A stretch of 64,000 nt of DNA, taken from a virus. Taxonomy: Duplodnaviria > Caudoviricetes. The position numbers and the translations under genes are program-made. This document shows positions 37,831 through 47,507 of the stretch, piece after piece. Below the pieces are notes generated by a model. That model ran no database searches. It worked only from the letters and a program-made list of their open reading frames with translations, and was not told where the DNA came from. The stretch covers positions 32,001-96,000 of the IMG/VR virus record IMGVR_UViG_3300018914_000001. One strand, 5' to 3'. The stretch's first letter is position 1. Every line of letters begins with the position of its first letter.

Positions 37831-37968
37831 GTTAACACACTCCTAGTTAAATTTGTAGTCATAAGCCGATAGTCCCCATTCTATTCCAGAATCAGTAGCT
37901 ATATACCTACGTCTGCAAAATTAACTGCTCAATCGAACAGCATTATACAACGCTGTTCTGTTCAACAG

Positions 37969-38250
37969 TCAAGAGAATCGCGCAGGAATTTGATTCAATG
38001 CATACATAACGAGATTGTAAATGTCCACGTTGCCTTCAGACGGTTCGATGTCCCAACCTCTATCGTAGTTGCATACATTCTCTATCTGCAACTTAGAAAC
38101 CCTTCCATTATCAATACCAAACATTGAACCAATATCAAACACTTTAGCAGAAAATTTAATTCCATTTACATTACCGCTAACCCAATTCGACTTAGAATCG
38201 AAATAAAGATTAATGATGTTACCGTTTACTTCGATAGTTTGAGTTATCAT
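37969..38250 (-). CDS. cassette ORF, DUF7678-like
   Basis: FSAKVFDIGSMFGIDNGRVSKL...NYDRGWDIEP. Confidence 0.7.
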   Translation of the reverse strand: MITQTIEVNGNIINLYFDSKSNWVSGNVNGIKFSAKVFDIGSMFGIDNGRVSKLQIENVCNYDRGWDIEPSEGNVDIYNLVMYALNQIPARFS

Positions 38251-38302
38251 TATAAACACTCCTTTAATTTTTATTTGAGCTATTAACTGCTCAATCTTGC
38301 AC

Positions 38303-38318
38303 TGTTCCACATGGAACA
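38303..38318. promoter_or_regulatory. parS-like site inside cassette hairpin
   Basis: TGTTCCACATGGAACA. Confidence 0.65.
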
Positions 38319-38334
38319 GTGCAATGTTCAACAG

Positions 38335-38517
38335 TTAGGGCTTTTCTTGGCTCTCAGCAATCAACTCTGAGAGCGGGCGAACAGGGATAATCAGCAAACT
38401 CCCATCTCTTCGCATGTCAGTCTTGTATTGACCGCCGCCCAACTGCTTGTTGATGGCTTCCAAGTCTACAGAGGCAGTACCATCAGGAGTAAACTTTACA
38501 AAGTCCATTTTCTCCAT
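38335..38517 (-). CDS. cassette ORF
   Basis: AGGAGTGTT RBS; stop inside repeat. Confidence 0.7.
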   Translation of the reverse strand: MEKMDFVKFTPDGTASVDLEAINKQLGGGQYKTDMRRDGSLLIIPVRPLSELIAESQEKP

Positions 38518-38604
38518 ATTTAACACTCCTTTTATTTTTGGTAACAGTATTAACTGTTCCATATACTAGGCGTTAACATAGCAGTTAACGCCTGTTAGCA
38601 ACAG

Positions 38605-38856
38605 CTAATTTTGTTTTTTGTAGAACTCCTCTAATTCTTCATCATAGTTTGACTCTACCCATTCAAGAATACAGTAACCCCCTTCCTCTATAATGGACTC
38701 TGAAGGGAAATATTGATCTTCACTTCTGTTATCTAAAGTGAAAATAACAACATTTGTCTTTTTATCAGACACCACTAGTTTTTTATATTCGAACCAACCC
38801 ACTTTGCAATACTGATATTCAACTTTAATTTTATCTTTAAATTTCCATTCGATCAT
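38605..38856 (-). CDS. cassette ORF
   Basis: RBS; stop inside repeat. Confidence 0.7.
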   Translation of the reverse strand: MIEWKFKDKIKVEYQYCKVGWFEYKKLVVSDKKTNVVIFTLDNRSEDQYFPSESIIEEGGYCILEWVESNYDEELEEFYKKQN

Positions 38857-38934
38857 AAGATTAGCTCCTTTATATTTTGTTAACTGCTCAATCGTACCCT
38901 CTCACTAATAGCAGAAAAGGGTACTGTTCAACAG

Positions 38935-39168
38935 TTAAAAAGGAAGGCAATTGCATCCTTGCGTCCCTTTGCAATGCTCACCCCAACATTTATTAACGTT
39001 CGCTGGCGGCTTAGGGTGTATGCAGTTAAACTTAAAAGCAACATGTTCATACTTGACGTAAAAGGGTACGCCGCGCCTTTTCCTGCTCTTTTTGTACTCT
39101 AAGTCAGTCATTCCATTACTGCCTACTTCCTCCTCACCCATCAGTTCCCAATGTCTCCAATCGCGCAT
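38935..39168 (-). CDS. cassette ORF (Cys-rich C-terminus)
   Basis: Stop inside repeat. Confidence 0.65.
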   Translation of the reverse strand: MRDWRHWELMGEEEVGSNGMTDLEYKKSRKRRGVPFYVKYEHVAFKFNCIHPKPPANVNKCWGEHCKGTQGCNCLPF

Positions 39169-39291
39169 ATTAACAACCGCCTTTCAGGGTCATTGTTACC
39201 AACTTCGATTTTTTTTAACCATTTAGTCTCCTCCTTTACTTTAATTTAACCACTCAATCGCCCTCATCCTGTAGATGAAGGCTGTCAATGG

Positions 39292-39528
39292 TTAAAGGTA
39301 TCTACGAGTGCAAAACTCTACTCTTTTTAATACTTCTTCTAAGGCAGATGTATAGCCAGCAAAAACAGGACTATCATTCAACTGTCTTAACGTATAACGA
39401 ATTTCGATTAAATAATGAAATGCCACATCACCACTGATATGCCCCGCATTAACATCCTTTGAAATACTATCTATTCGCTCATTGTAGATTCGTGCCAATT
39501 CAACTAAAGCATCTGCCATATTTTTCAT
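39292..39528 (-). CDS. cassette ORF
   Basis: RBS; stop inside repeat. Confidence 0.7.
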   Translation of the reverse strand: MKNMADALVELARIYNERIDSISKDVNAGHISGDVAFHYLIEIRYTLRQLNDSPVFAGYTSALEEVLKRVEFCTRRYL

Positions 39529-39622
39529 ACTTAGTCACTCCTTAAAAGGTTACTTTCATAGAGTTTAACTGCTCAATCGAGTGCTATGGTTTACATAGCA
39601 CTCTGTTCAACAGTTAAAGTCT

Positions 39623-39826
39623 TTACCGTTGCCTTTCTGGTAAATGAACCTGCTCCATTCCAAGCTGAATGGTTTGTTCAATAGTAACAGAGACTTTCAC
39701 ACTTCCGTCTCTGTAGAGGCGAATTGTGTCGCCTCCTTCAAACCATAGCTCGATATAGTCAAGTGCCTGATGTGTTTTTTGCAGGGTTTTACCTTCAAAG
39801 GTATTGATTCCTACTTCTTTTGCCAT
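39623..39826 (-). CDS. cassette ORF
   Basis: RBS; flanked by repeats. Confidence 0.7.
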   Translation of the reverse strand: MAKEVGINTFEGKTLQKTHQALDYIELWFEGGDTIRLYRDGSVKVSVTIEQTIQLGMEQVHLPERQR

Positions 39827-39911
39827 TGTTTATCACTCCTAGTTTAAATTTAACTGCTCAACTGAGTACCTTATATTGTAAGGTACTCTATCAGCGGTCA
39901 ATATAGAGTCC

Positions 39912-40088
39912 TTAAATTAGGTTGTGTTCTTTTGCGATGCTTGCCACGTCTTCCATACTTTGTTGAGACATATATACACATGACTCTCCTTTCTCTACTC
40001 TGTACTCTCTTGTCTCTATATCTTGTGAGACTAAGCACTCTCCATTGTTATACCATCTTTCAATAATCTTTTGAATTAACTCTTCCAT
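39912..40088 (-). CDS. cassette ORF, 58 aa
   Basis: Hand translation MEELIQKIIERWYNNG...; GGAGG RBS. Confidence 0.6.
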   Translation of the reverse strand: MEELIQKIIERWYNNGECLVSQDIETREYRVEKGESCVYMSQQSMEDVASIAKEHNLI

Positions 40089-40161
40089 TCAACCTTCCTC
40101 CTTGTTTGTAAATTTAACTGCTCAATGAACCGCCTTAACTTATAAGGCGGTCTATCAACAG

Positions 40162-40584
40162 CTAACCGTTAAGAAGTTTGAATAGTGCCTCTTCATTCAC
40201 ATCTGTAGTATAGATGTGAATGTGAATGTTATGATTGATAAGCACATCTTTAAAACTTTCGTGAACTGTCAATTCATCCCCTTCCATAAAAGTGTATTGA
40301 CCTAGACTAAGAATGGCATTGAGACTTATTACACCCTCTAGCAACGTATATCGGTTGCTGATAGTGTTGTATGTGTAAACGATATCAATACTCAATGGCT
40401 CTCTTGCTTCGCGAATCCATTTCTGAACTTTTTCGTATTTCACAATATTAGTAGCCTGAATGTCGCTTCGCTCTGTCGGAAGCCCCAACTGTTGCACTAG
40501 CGGAAGCACATAGGGATGCAGGATAGAAGTCATGAAATGATTCTTTTCAATTTGCACAAATTCAGCTACATTGTTTTTAAACAT
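40162..40584 (-). CDS. cassette ORF
   Basis: AGGAGTGTT RBS; stop inside repeat. Confidence 0.72.
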   Translation of the reverse strand: MFKNNVAEFVQIEKNHFMTSILHPYVLPLVQQLGLPTERSDIQATNIVKYEKVQKWIREAREPLSIDIVYTYNTISNRYTLLEGVISLNAILSLGQYTFMEGDELTVHESFKDVLINHNIHIHIYTTDVNEEALFKLLNG

Positions 40585-40659
40585 TGTCAACACTCCTTAG
40601 TTGTTTTTAACTGCTCAATTGAACACCCTAGAGTATAAGGTGCTCTGTTCAACAGTCAG

Positions 40660-40851
40660 TTATGCTTGGTAAATCTTCAATTGTTCTTCAAATTTGTAGA
40701 CACGTTCCATGCATTCATAATACTTTTGCAACCAGAAGTCTTTATTCTGATAATGCGGACTTTCAAACCTTTTAAGGCAACTTTCTGCATTTCTCAATGC
40801 TAATTCAATATTTTGTTCGAGTATGCAAATTTCAACGTACCATCTGTTCAA
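40660..40851 (-). CDS. cassette ORF
   Basis: Flanked by repeats. Confidence 0.65.
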   Translation of the reverse strand: MNRWYVEICILEQNIELALRNAESCLKRFESPHYQNKDFWLQKYYECMERVYKFEEQLKIYQA

Positions 40852-40921
40852 TTAAATCAACCCCTTATATTTTTAACTGCTCAATTGAACACATTACATT
40901 GTAATGTGTTCTGTTCAACAG

Positions 40922-41170
40922 TTAGGGCACATAGTTCATTTCAATTGAAACCTCATTAAGCAAGCACCATGTATAAACCATGCCAGCAATGTATTTTGAC
41001 TTGCACTCTTCCACCTTGCCCTTTAACACTAGTGTTCCCCATCCATTTTGCTCAGGTCGTTTAAATAATACCACCTCATCTGTAAAGTGCTTTACGAATC
41101 CACCAAGTCTACGCATATCGCTAGTATTGATTTTAGCTACTCCAATTTCCCATTCTTCAACATAAGCCAT
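40922..41170 (-). CDS. cassette ORF
   Basis: AGGAGTGTT RBS; stop inside repeat. Confidence 0.7.
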   Translation of the reverse strand: MAYVEEWEIGVAKINTSDMRRLGGFVKHFTDEVVLFKRPEQNGWGTLVLKGKVEECKSKYIAGMVYTWCLLNEVSIEMNYVP

Positions 41171-41245
41171 TGTTAACACTCCTTTGTAATTGTTTAACTG
41201 CTCAATCACCCACGCTTATTAGGTTAAGTGTGGGTTGTTCAACAG

Positions 41246-41515
41246 TTAAGAGCATGGTTCAAATTTTAACCTATGTGCAAAACAATAACCATTGATCCAG
41301 ATTTTTAGTCTTTCCTGAAACTGTTTACTTGCAACGGCTTGATCTGTTAGATGAATGTAAAAACTTACAACATCTCTAACTGCATCTTCGATGATTTCAT
41401 AGCCGTAGCTTAGGGTGATACCCATTTCCATCTTAACATCATTGACAAGCATTAAACGATGTGCTTGACTAATTTTTTTAACATATCCAATTCTTACTTT
41501 ATCTTGCATTTTCAA
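41246..41515 (-). CDS. cassette ORF
   Basis: RBS; stop inside repeat. Confidence 0.7.
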   Translation of the reverse strand: MKMQDKVRIGYVKKISQAHRLMLVNDVKMEMGITLSYGYEIIEDAVRDVVSFYIHLTDQAVASKQFQERLKIWINGYCFAHRLKFEPCS

Positions 41516-41582
41516 TCACTCCCTTGGTTATTATTCAACTGTTCAATCGAACACTCTATATTTAGAGTGCTCTGTTCAACAA

Positions 41583-41867
41583 TTAAATAACTTTATAATC
41601 ACGTGCTACAATATTTTCAGCACATCCGAATGTTTTACCTGTATTAAGATTGCGAAGATTGAAAACTCTATAATCAGGCTTTCCAGTAGGATAGCCATGA
41701 CTGTCAACATGTACCTCCATCCAATGTCCTTCAACATGGTATACATCACCGCTTATGATGCATTGAACATTCATGCCGTCTTGTAGGAACTCAGAGCGTC
41801 CTTCTAAATCTTGCCCCAACATTTCCTGAATCATGATACGATGTTTTCTTTTTAACAAGGCAAACAC
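41583..41867 (-). CDS. cassette ORF
   Basis: Stop inside repeat; start uncertain. Confidence 0.65.
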   Translation of the reverse strand: MFALLKRKHRIMIQEMLGQDLEGRSEFLQDGMNVQCIISGDVYHVEGHWMEVHVDSHGYPTGKPDYRVFNLRNLNTGKTFGCAENIVARDYKVI

Positions 41868-41936
41868 TCCTTAGATATGATAATTGCTCAATTACCCGCA
41901 CTATTAAAATGCGGGCTGTTCAACAGTTATCTCTGT

Positions 41937-42116
41937 TTAAATCTTGTTGATATTAAAAAATCCTTCTTCGATAAAGCCTGTTATTTTCTGTTTTTCTTGA
42001 AGGTCTAACGAATAAGGTCTGATGGGAAGTTCATTTCCATCAGACAATTTAGCCATGTATCCATATTGACCTTGGAATTTTTTGACAACTGTAGCAATGT
42101 AAGTTTTCTTTTTCAT
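41937..42116 (-). CDS. cassette ORF, 59 aa
   Basis: Hand translation MKKKTYIATVVKKFQG...; AGGAGTGTT RBS. Confidence 0.65.
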   Translation of the reverse strand: MKKKTYIATVVKKFQGQYGYMAKLSDGNELPIRPYSLDLQEKQKITGFIEEGFFNINKI

Positions 42117-42194
42117 AATTGAACACTCCTTAATATCATTTGAGTTTAAACGCTCAATCGCACACCTTAAACATTAAGGTGTGCTGTTCAACGT

Positions 42195-42434
42195 TTAATA
42201 GTCTACAGTGTCGCCACCCTCATCGTTTATCGTGAAAGTATGGTTCAACCCCTGCTGTTTTGCCCATTCCCTTAGTTGGTCTACAGTTTCGTAAACGTCT
42301 TCCTCTTCAAACAGGGTGCAGTCAGGATATTCCGCGCAAAAAGCAACGCCTGTAATATTCCCCTGCTTATCGCGACTGATTCGCTTGACATACTCTAAAT
42401 TTTCATTGGAGATAGCGAAGTTTTCGTTAGTCAT
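42195..42434 (-). CDS. cassette ORF
   Basis: AGGAGTGTT RBS; stop inside repeat. Confidence 0.7.
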   Translation of the reverse strand: MTNENFAISNENLEYVKRISRDKQGNITGVAFCAEYPDCTLFEEEDVYETVDQLREWAKQQGLNHTFTINDEGGDTVDY

Positions 42435-42476
42435 ATTGAACACTCCTTAGATTTTAATAACTGCTCAATGAAGTTG

Positions 42477-42492
42477 TGTTCCACGTGGAACA
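42477..42492. promoter_or_regulatory. parS inside cassette hairpin
   Basis: TGTTCCACGTGGAACA. Confidence 0.8.
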
Positions 42493-42507
42493 CAACTCTG
42501 TCAACAG

Positions 42508-42864
42508 TTATACTTCGATCTCATCTTGCGTGTACTTGCCACGCAAGCACGAAATGGTGTTTAGGATGTACTCGCAACGCTCTTTGTAATTCCATGTATT
42601 CCAGAAGTCAGCGGGAAAATCTTGACTGTTTTGAAAGAACGTTTCATCCATGATGTCAGCAGATGAAAGCACGTGAACGCCAGCGTATCCCCTTTTGTCA
42701 TTTTCGCTGTAGAGGACGTAAAACAATTCTCCGTTTACTTCCCATTCGTACCATTCGCCGCTGTCCTCACTACCTATTGAGGAAGTAGCCTCCTCAAAGA
42801 TTTCCTCATGAACAGTCAGTTGAATGTTGATAACAGAGGCTTGCTTGACATTGATACTCAACAT
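42508..42864 (-). CDS. cassette ORF (acidic)
   Basis: GGAGG RBS; stop inside repeat. Confidence 0.7.
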   Translation of the reverse strand: MLSINVKQASVINIQLTVHEEIFEEATSSIGSEDSGEWYEWEVNGELFYVLYSENDKRGYAGVHVLSSADIMDETFFQNSQDFPADFWNTWNYKERCEYILNTISCLRGKYTQDEIEV

Positions 42865-42865
42865 T

Positions 42866-43099
42866 TTACATTACCTCCTCTATTGTAACACCAGTTTTAA
42901 CAACTTGAATTTCAACACCAACATTAGAAGGGTTAAACGGCCTATCAACTTTTCGCCTCTTATTAATTTTAAACTTATTAGTAAGAGGTTTAATATTGAG
43001 ATTGTCGCCATCAACCTCTTCTACATATGCGTAGAAATTGTTAATGGGATTCTCGTATTGAATTAGAATAACGTCACCTTGCTTAACCTGTTCTGTCAT
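42866..43099 (-). CDS. cassette ORF
   Basis: AGGAGTGTT RBS. Confidence 0.7.
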   Translation of the reverse strand: MTEQVKQGDVILIQYENPINNFYAYVEEVDGDNLNIKPLTNKFKINKRRKVDRPFNPSNVGVEIQVVKTGVTIEEVM

Positions 43100-43212
43100 G
43101 TTGTTAACACTCCTTTGTTGATAAACTTAATCGCACTCACTTGTAAAATGAGTGCTGTTAAGTACATCATAAGTTTACTTTAATGAATTGAATAATTGTT
43201 ACACTTAATTCT

Positions 43213-43392
43213 TTACTTGTGCTTAGGGGCATCCATTTGCTTCCTTTTAGTTTTAAGTACACCTTTCCCCTGACTACCTTGCCCACAACTCGTATCATGA
43301 TTCTCTGCCCCTTTTTTTCGCCGTTGAGCCTCTTTTAAACCTTGTCTATAGGCATCTTCGATGTCTTTAGCGTTGAACTCAGAGATAGACAT
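43213..43392 (-). CDS. cassette ORF
   Basis: GGAGG RBS before MSISEF. Confidence 0.55.
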   Translation of the reverse strand: MSISEFNAKDIEDAYRQGLKEAQRRKKGAENHDTSCGQGSQGKGVLKTKRKQMDAPKHK

Positions 43393-43465
43393 TGCAACCC
43401 CTCCTAGTGTATGGCTTAAAAGCTCAATTGCCCTCACTTATATTTAAATGAAGGCTGTTCAACTT

Positions 43466-43684
43466 TTAATTCTCATCATGTACGGTAAAAGAGTAGCCTA
43501 ATTTGTTAAGTAAGTGCATTATCATCCACGACAATTCTTTGTCGTAAAATATATAGGACTCTTCATACTTATCAGTTGTTTTGACATCTCCATTGGGCAA
43601 GAGTCCAGCGTAATATAGCTTTTTGTTGTCATCATGCAAATACCAACCGTTAAATTCCTCTAATTCGATAAACTCTTCTACCAT
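43466..43684 (-). CDS. cassette ORF
   Basis: AGGGGTGTT RBS; stop inside repeat. Confidence 0.7.
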   Translation of the reverse strand: MVEEFIELEEFNGWYLHDDNKKLYYAGLLPNGDVKTTDKYEESYIFYDKELSWMIMHLLNKLGYSFTVHDEN

Positions 43685-43753
43685 AGTTAACACCCCTTAA
43701 ATTTAGTGTAACACCATTCGACACACGAGCCTGTCGTGCGTCTTAGCTGTCAA

Positions 43754-44050
43754 CTATTTGAGAAACAAGCACCCATAAGAGAAGATAAAAATGTCATGCC
43801 CAGCTTCCTTAAATGCCTGTTGGATTTCCAGATTATCACTAAACTTGATTTTTTCTTTCTCCATCCAACTTAATGAGTTAAGATACTCTGATGTCAAGCC
43901 TATACGTTTGATACTAACATTATCTAAGTTAAGTGCATACTCATATTGTTGAATTAACTCAGGTAGAGTGTCAAATTTAGACTCACCTTCACACCAACTA
44001 TTGACAGCGTTATACCAGCCTACAGCGATACCATATTTTTTAATCATCAA
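43754..44050 (-). CDS. cassette ORF
   Basis: AGGAGTGTT RBS. Confidence 0.7.
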   Translation of the reverse strand: MMIKKYGIAVGWYNAVNSWCEGESKFDTLPELIQQYEYALNLDNVSIKRIGLTSEYLNSLSWMEKEKIKFSDNLEIQQAFKEAGHDIFIFSYGCLFLK

Positions 44051-44114
44051 AACACTCCTTTCAAATTAACAAACTTAATCACGTCCACCTATTAGATGGA
44101 CGCTGTTAAGTGAG

Positions 44115-44300
44115 TTAATCTTTAAAGGGAACTCCTGTTTGACATCCATTAACAGGGCAAATATATATGCATCCTTTGTACATAACACCATCAATGATGG
44201 GAATAAAATCTTCTCCATATTCCGCTTGTGTTTCTTCATTCCATTCACGTTCATCAGAAACGGCACTGCAAGCAGGACATTGAACGTTATTTTGACTCAT
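44115..44300 (-). CDS. cassette ORF, Zn-ribbon
   Basis: CPAC...CPVNGC; GGAGG RBS. Confidence 0.7.
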   Translation of the reverse strand: MSQNNVQCPACSAVSDEREWNEETQAEYGEDFIPIIDGVMYKGCIYICPVNGCQTGVPFKD

Positions 44301-44368
44301 TTAATCAACTCCTCCTTTATTTAACAACTCAATCACGTTCACCTGTTAGATGAACGTTGTTCAGTGTG

Positions 44369-44602
44369 TTAAATGCGACTATGATTTTTAAGATAGTCTT
44401 CTATCTCATTCCAAATTGAAGAGATGTAAGGTATTTTAAATCCATAATCAATAGAAATTAGCTTTCGCTCTTTTATAACAAAAGTAAATTCATGCCGATG
44501 TGAACACTCATTGTAATAAAACTCTATCACACCCACAAAATCCCCTTCACCATCTTTGATAATATCGACAAATTCGTATAATTTTTCACCCATGCCTACC
44601 AC
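44369..44602 (-). CDS. cassette ORF
   Basis: Stop inside repeat. Confidence 0.65.
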   Translation of the reverse strand: MVGMGEKLYEFVDIIKDGEGDFVGVIEFYYNECSHRHEFTFVIKERKLISIDYGFKIPYISSIWNEIEDYLKNHSRI

Positions 44603-44686
44603 CCCCTTCTTATCGTTAAAATACTTGTTTTATAGAGCTTAACTGCTCAATTAAGTCCCTTATGAAATAAGGGACTCTATCAACAG

Positions 44687-44911
44687 TTACGCAAAGTCTA
44701 ATTCATAATCATACAAAGAGAAAGGAATGTTGGTTCCATCTTCTGTTTGCAAGTCATAGAGCGCACATCCTGCGGTTTCATCGAATCCTCTGTGTTCATC
44801 TCGACTAGTTGCCACACTTGCTACGGTAAGAACCATACCCATGTATTCTTCATAGTTTTCATTGTCACTGTCAATTACCACTTCATCACCAACATTAAAG
44901 TTTTGAATCAT
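44687..44911 (-). CDS. cassette ORF (SH3/KOW-like)
   Basis: FNVGDEVVI...PFSLYDYEL. Confidence 0.7.
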   Translation of the reverse strand: MIQNFNVGDEVVIDSDNENYEEYMGMVLTVASVATSRDEHRGFDETAGCALYDLQTEDGTNIPFSLYDYELDFA

Positions 44912-44983
44912 TTTGATAACACCCCCTAATTTTATTAACTGCTCAATTAAACACCCTAGCTTGTAGGGTGTTCTGTTCAACAG

Positions 44984-45220
44984 TTAAAATTGGTTTATTT
45001 TTTTCCAAAATTTTTCAAAGTCTTCATCAACCTTATCCTGATATTCCCATTTAAACAGTGTGTGGAATTTTTGCTTGGTTATTACCTCACTTCCGTTCTC
45101 CAAGAAAACCATCACCATTACTTCTTCTTCTCCTTGCACATCTTCAGCGTAATATTCACCACCAATTACAATAAAACTTTCGCCAACTAAAGTCGATTGT
45201 TGAGCAATAACTTTATACAT
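44984..45220 (-). CDS. cassette ORF
   Basis: AGGGGTGTT RBS; stop inside repeat. Confidence 0.7.
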   Translation of the reverse strand: MYKVIAQQSTLVGESFIVIGGEYYAEDVQGEEEVMVMVFLENGSEVITKQKFHTLFKWEYQDKVDEDFEKFWKKINQF

Positions 45221-45290
45221 ACCAACACCCCTTTTTGTTAAGTTGACTGTTCAATTAGTTACAGGAGTATTCCTGTAACCTGTTCAACAG

Positions 45291-45593
45291 TCATATAGTC
45301 TTTCTGCACAACCCTTTCACAATACACGTGTTACACATTGCAACGCCTTCCTCAGTGAGACTTCCACATTCGCAATTGCGTGTAATTGTCTTAATAAGGC
45401 TGTCAATTGCCGCTTCAGCCTTACTAAGACCTCTGTAAGTAGTTTCTGTGATAATGGTTCTATCTTTTCTCAGGTGTCTTACGATCAACGTCTTAGGGCT
45501 AGGATTAACCACTATAACATTTTCAATTTGAGGATGTACCCACGCGCTTCCAAGCTGAACGAATCCGTTTTCTCCTAGCTTTTCTTTGAGCAT
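45291..45593 (-). CDS. cassette ORF
   Basis: RBS; C-terminal CECG..CNTC. Confidence 0.7.
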   Translation of the reverse strand: MLKEKLGENGFVQLGSAWVHPQIENVIVVNPSPKTLIVRHLRKDRTIITETTYRGLSKAEAAIDSLIKTITRNCECGSLTEEGVAMCNTCIVKGLCRKTI

Positions 45594-45661
45594 ATTTATC
45601 ACTCCTTGTAATTGTTAACTGCTCAATCGCCCACACTGTTTAAATGTGAGCTGTTCAACAG

Positions 45662-45931
45662 TTATTTACGTTTCGGCTTGCCTTCCTCATCGTATGTGTC
45701 AGGATCAGCGCCAGTGCAATTCCAACCAAACATGGAACCCATCTCCATAGCCGCTCTTTGGGCTTTAGTAACGCCCAAGGTAGCGTTTAATTCATCCGCT
45801 GGGCGTTGATCTTTGCTTTTCCAGAAGCCCATTTCACCGCGCTTCAGCAGGATAATTTCACCTGTACTGCGAAGCGTTCCGTAACAAAACTCAGGCAATT
45901 TGTGTTCAATTTCATGATAAAAAACAGTCAT
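45662..45931 (-). CDS. cassette ORF, conserved small domain recalled from mobile-element proteins
   Basis: ADELNATLGVTKAQRAAMEMGSMFGW...ADP. Confidence 0.7.
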   Translation of the reverse strand: MTVFYHEIEHKLPEFCYGTLRSTGEIILLKRGEMGFWKSKDQRPADELNATLGVTKAQRAAMEMGSMFGWNCTGADPDTYDEEGKPKRK

Positions 45932-46010
45932 TTAAAACACCCCTTTAATGTATTAGCTTGATTAACAAGCTCAATCGCACCTACTTAATAAGTAGGTGCT
46001 GTTCAGCAAG

Positions 46011-46316
46011 TTAAATATCATATAGATCAATTGCATTATTAGGATTAAGAATTTTAATTTGAGTCCTCACCTGTTCATGGCATCCATTGCCCGCATTGCG
46101 CCAAAATTGGAAGGTTGCATACTCTTTTAGTCTTCTCCAATCAACTTTCTCAATTGTATGATAAGATTCATTGAATAGAATATCAATGTCTTCTTTTGGG
46201 ATAGTATCGCACGTTAACATATAACTGAGAATGTTTTGAGCAAAATCCTTGTCCTCAAACAGCACTAACCCATGAATGGCTGTTCTCATGTTGCGATAAT
46301 TAATAGCATAAATCAT
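46011..46316 (-). CDS. cassette ORF
   Basis: RBS; stop inside repeat. Confidence 0.7.
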   Translation of the reverse strand: MIYAINYRNMRTAIHGLVLFEDKDFAQNILSYMLTCDTIPKEDIDILFNESYHTIEKVDWRRLKEYATFQFWRNAGNGCHEQVRTQIKILNPNNAIDLYDI

Positions 46317-46393
46317 ATTCAGCACCCCTTTTCACCTTGTGTTTTAACAAGCTCAATTAGAAGGTTAACGCTGTTAACCTTCTTATCAGCATG

Positions 46394-46633
46394 TTAATTA
46401 ATGTAAGCCAGCGAAACTTCAATTTCTTTGCTGTTGAGGACTTGAATTTTCTTATCGAACATTTCCACGTCATCTTCATAGCTTTTCATCCCTGCCATGA
46501 CAACGCGCTGGACAGCTTTAGGAAGACACGAAAATTGTGTAGTAAGAATAAACGATTCAAGCTCTTCAATATCACGCTCTAAGCCCGCCTTGCTCTTAAT
46601 CATGTTGTACTTTTTGTCACGTTGAAATTCCAT
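46394..46633 (-). CDS. cassette ORF
   Basis: GGAGAGTG RBS before MEFQRD. Confidence 0.65.
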   Translation of the reverse strand: MEFQRDKKYNMIKSKAGLERDIEELESFILTTQFSCLPKAVQRVVMAGMKSYEDDVEMFDKKIQVLNSKEIEVSLAYIN

Positions 46634-47097
46634 ATTTAGCACTCTCCCTAGAATTGGTAGCTTAATTGCTCCATTGGTGGACACTTTAACAGTGTTCACC
46701 TAGCAACAATTAATGATTGTAATGCTGTTTAATATCTTTCAATACGGGCACAACATACTTCTTGAGGAGGTATAGGATGCCGTGTCCAATACCCATTCCA
46801 GCAACCCATGATGCAATTGCTACAACGTCATTCATTTGAAATTCCTCCATATGCGTTTAATAGCGCGTTTAATTTTGTCGAAGAGGGTTTTACGTTTGCC
46901 TATCACTTTCATGCTGTAGCTCCTCTATTTAATGATAATTGCACCGTTAACATAAAGATTTTTAAAATCTTGTTGTCGTTTCCACTTGGAGGCAAGTAAA
47001 ATAAGTTGCTTCCTAGTTAACAACATTTGCACCTCCTTTTATTGTATTAACTAACACCATCAGAGGCTAGATAAAACTCTAGCCTCTTAGCTGTTAG

Positions 47098-47421
47098 TTA
47101 GTCTTCTAAATAGTAGTTTGTCGGCACGTTTCCAACTAATGTAACATGATTCCCATTGGTATCATGCCAAATATACCATTTCACATGTTGTTCTAACGTC
47201 TCACCCTTGATTAAAAGCTCTTGCGGATCAATATTAGAATCGTGCGGCAAATAGATAGTCGCGTGACCATCACATTGCACCTCATCCCAATCTATGTTCC
47301 CCTCCTCATCCATTGGCATTTCACCGTTATAAATGGCTTTTTCACAATGTTCGCAAAAATGCGGTAAACCCTCCATATTTTCCCAATTAAGGTGATTACC
47401 ATTTGTGAATTTAGCTTCCAT
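47098..47421 (-). CDS. cassette ORF
   Basis: AGGAGTGTT RBS. Confidence 0.72.
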   Translation of the reverse strand: MEAKFTNGNHLNWENMEGLPHFCEHCEKAIYNGEMPMDEEGNIDWDEVQCDGHATIYLPHDSNIDPQELLIKGETLEQHVKWYIWHDTNGNHVTLVGNVPTNYYLED

Positions 47422-47507
47422 TTTAAAACACTCCTTTAAGTGTAGTTAGTGTTCATATTAATTAACACCATTAAACAGCCTATCAACTAGGCTGTTTTAG
47501 CTGTTAA

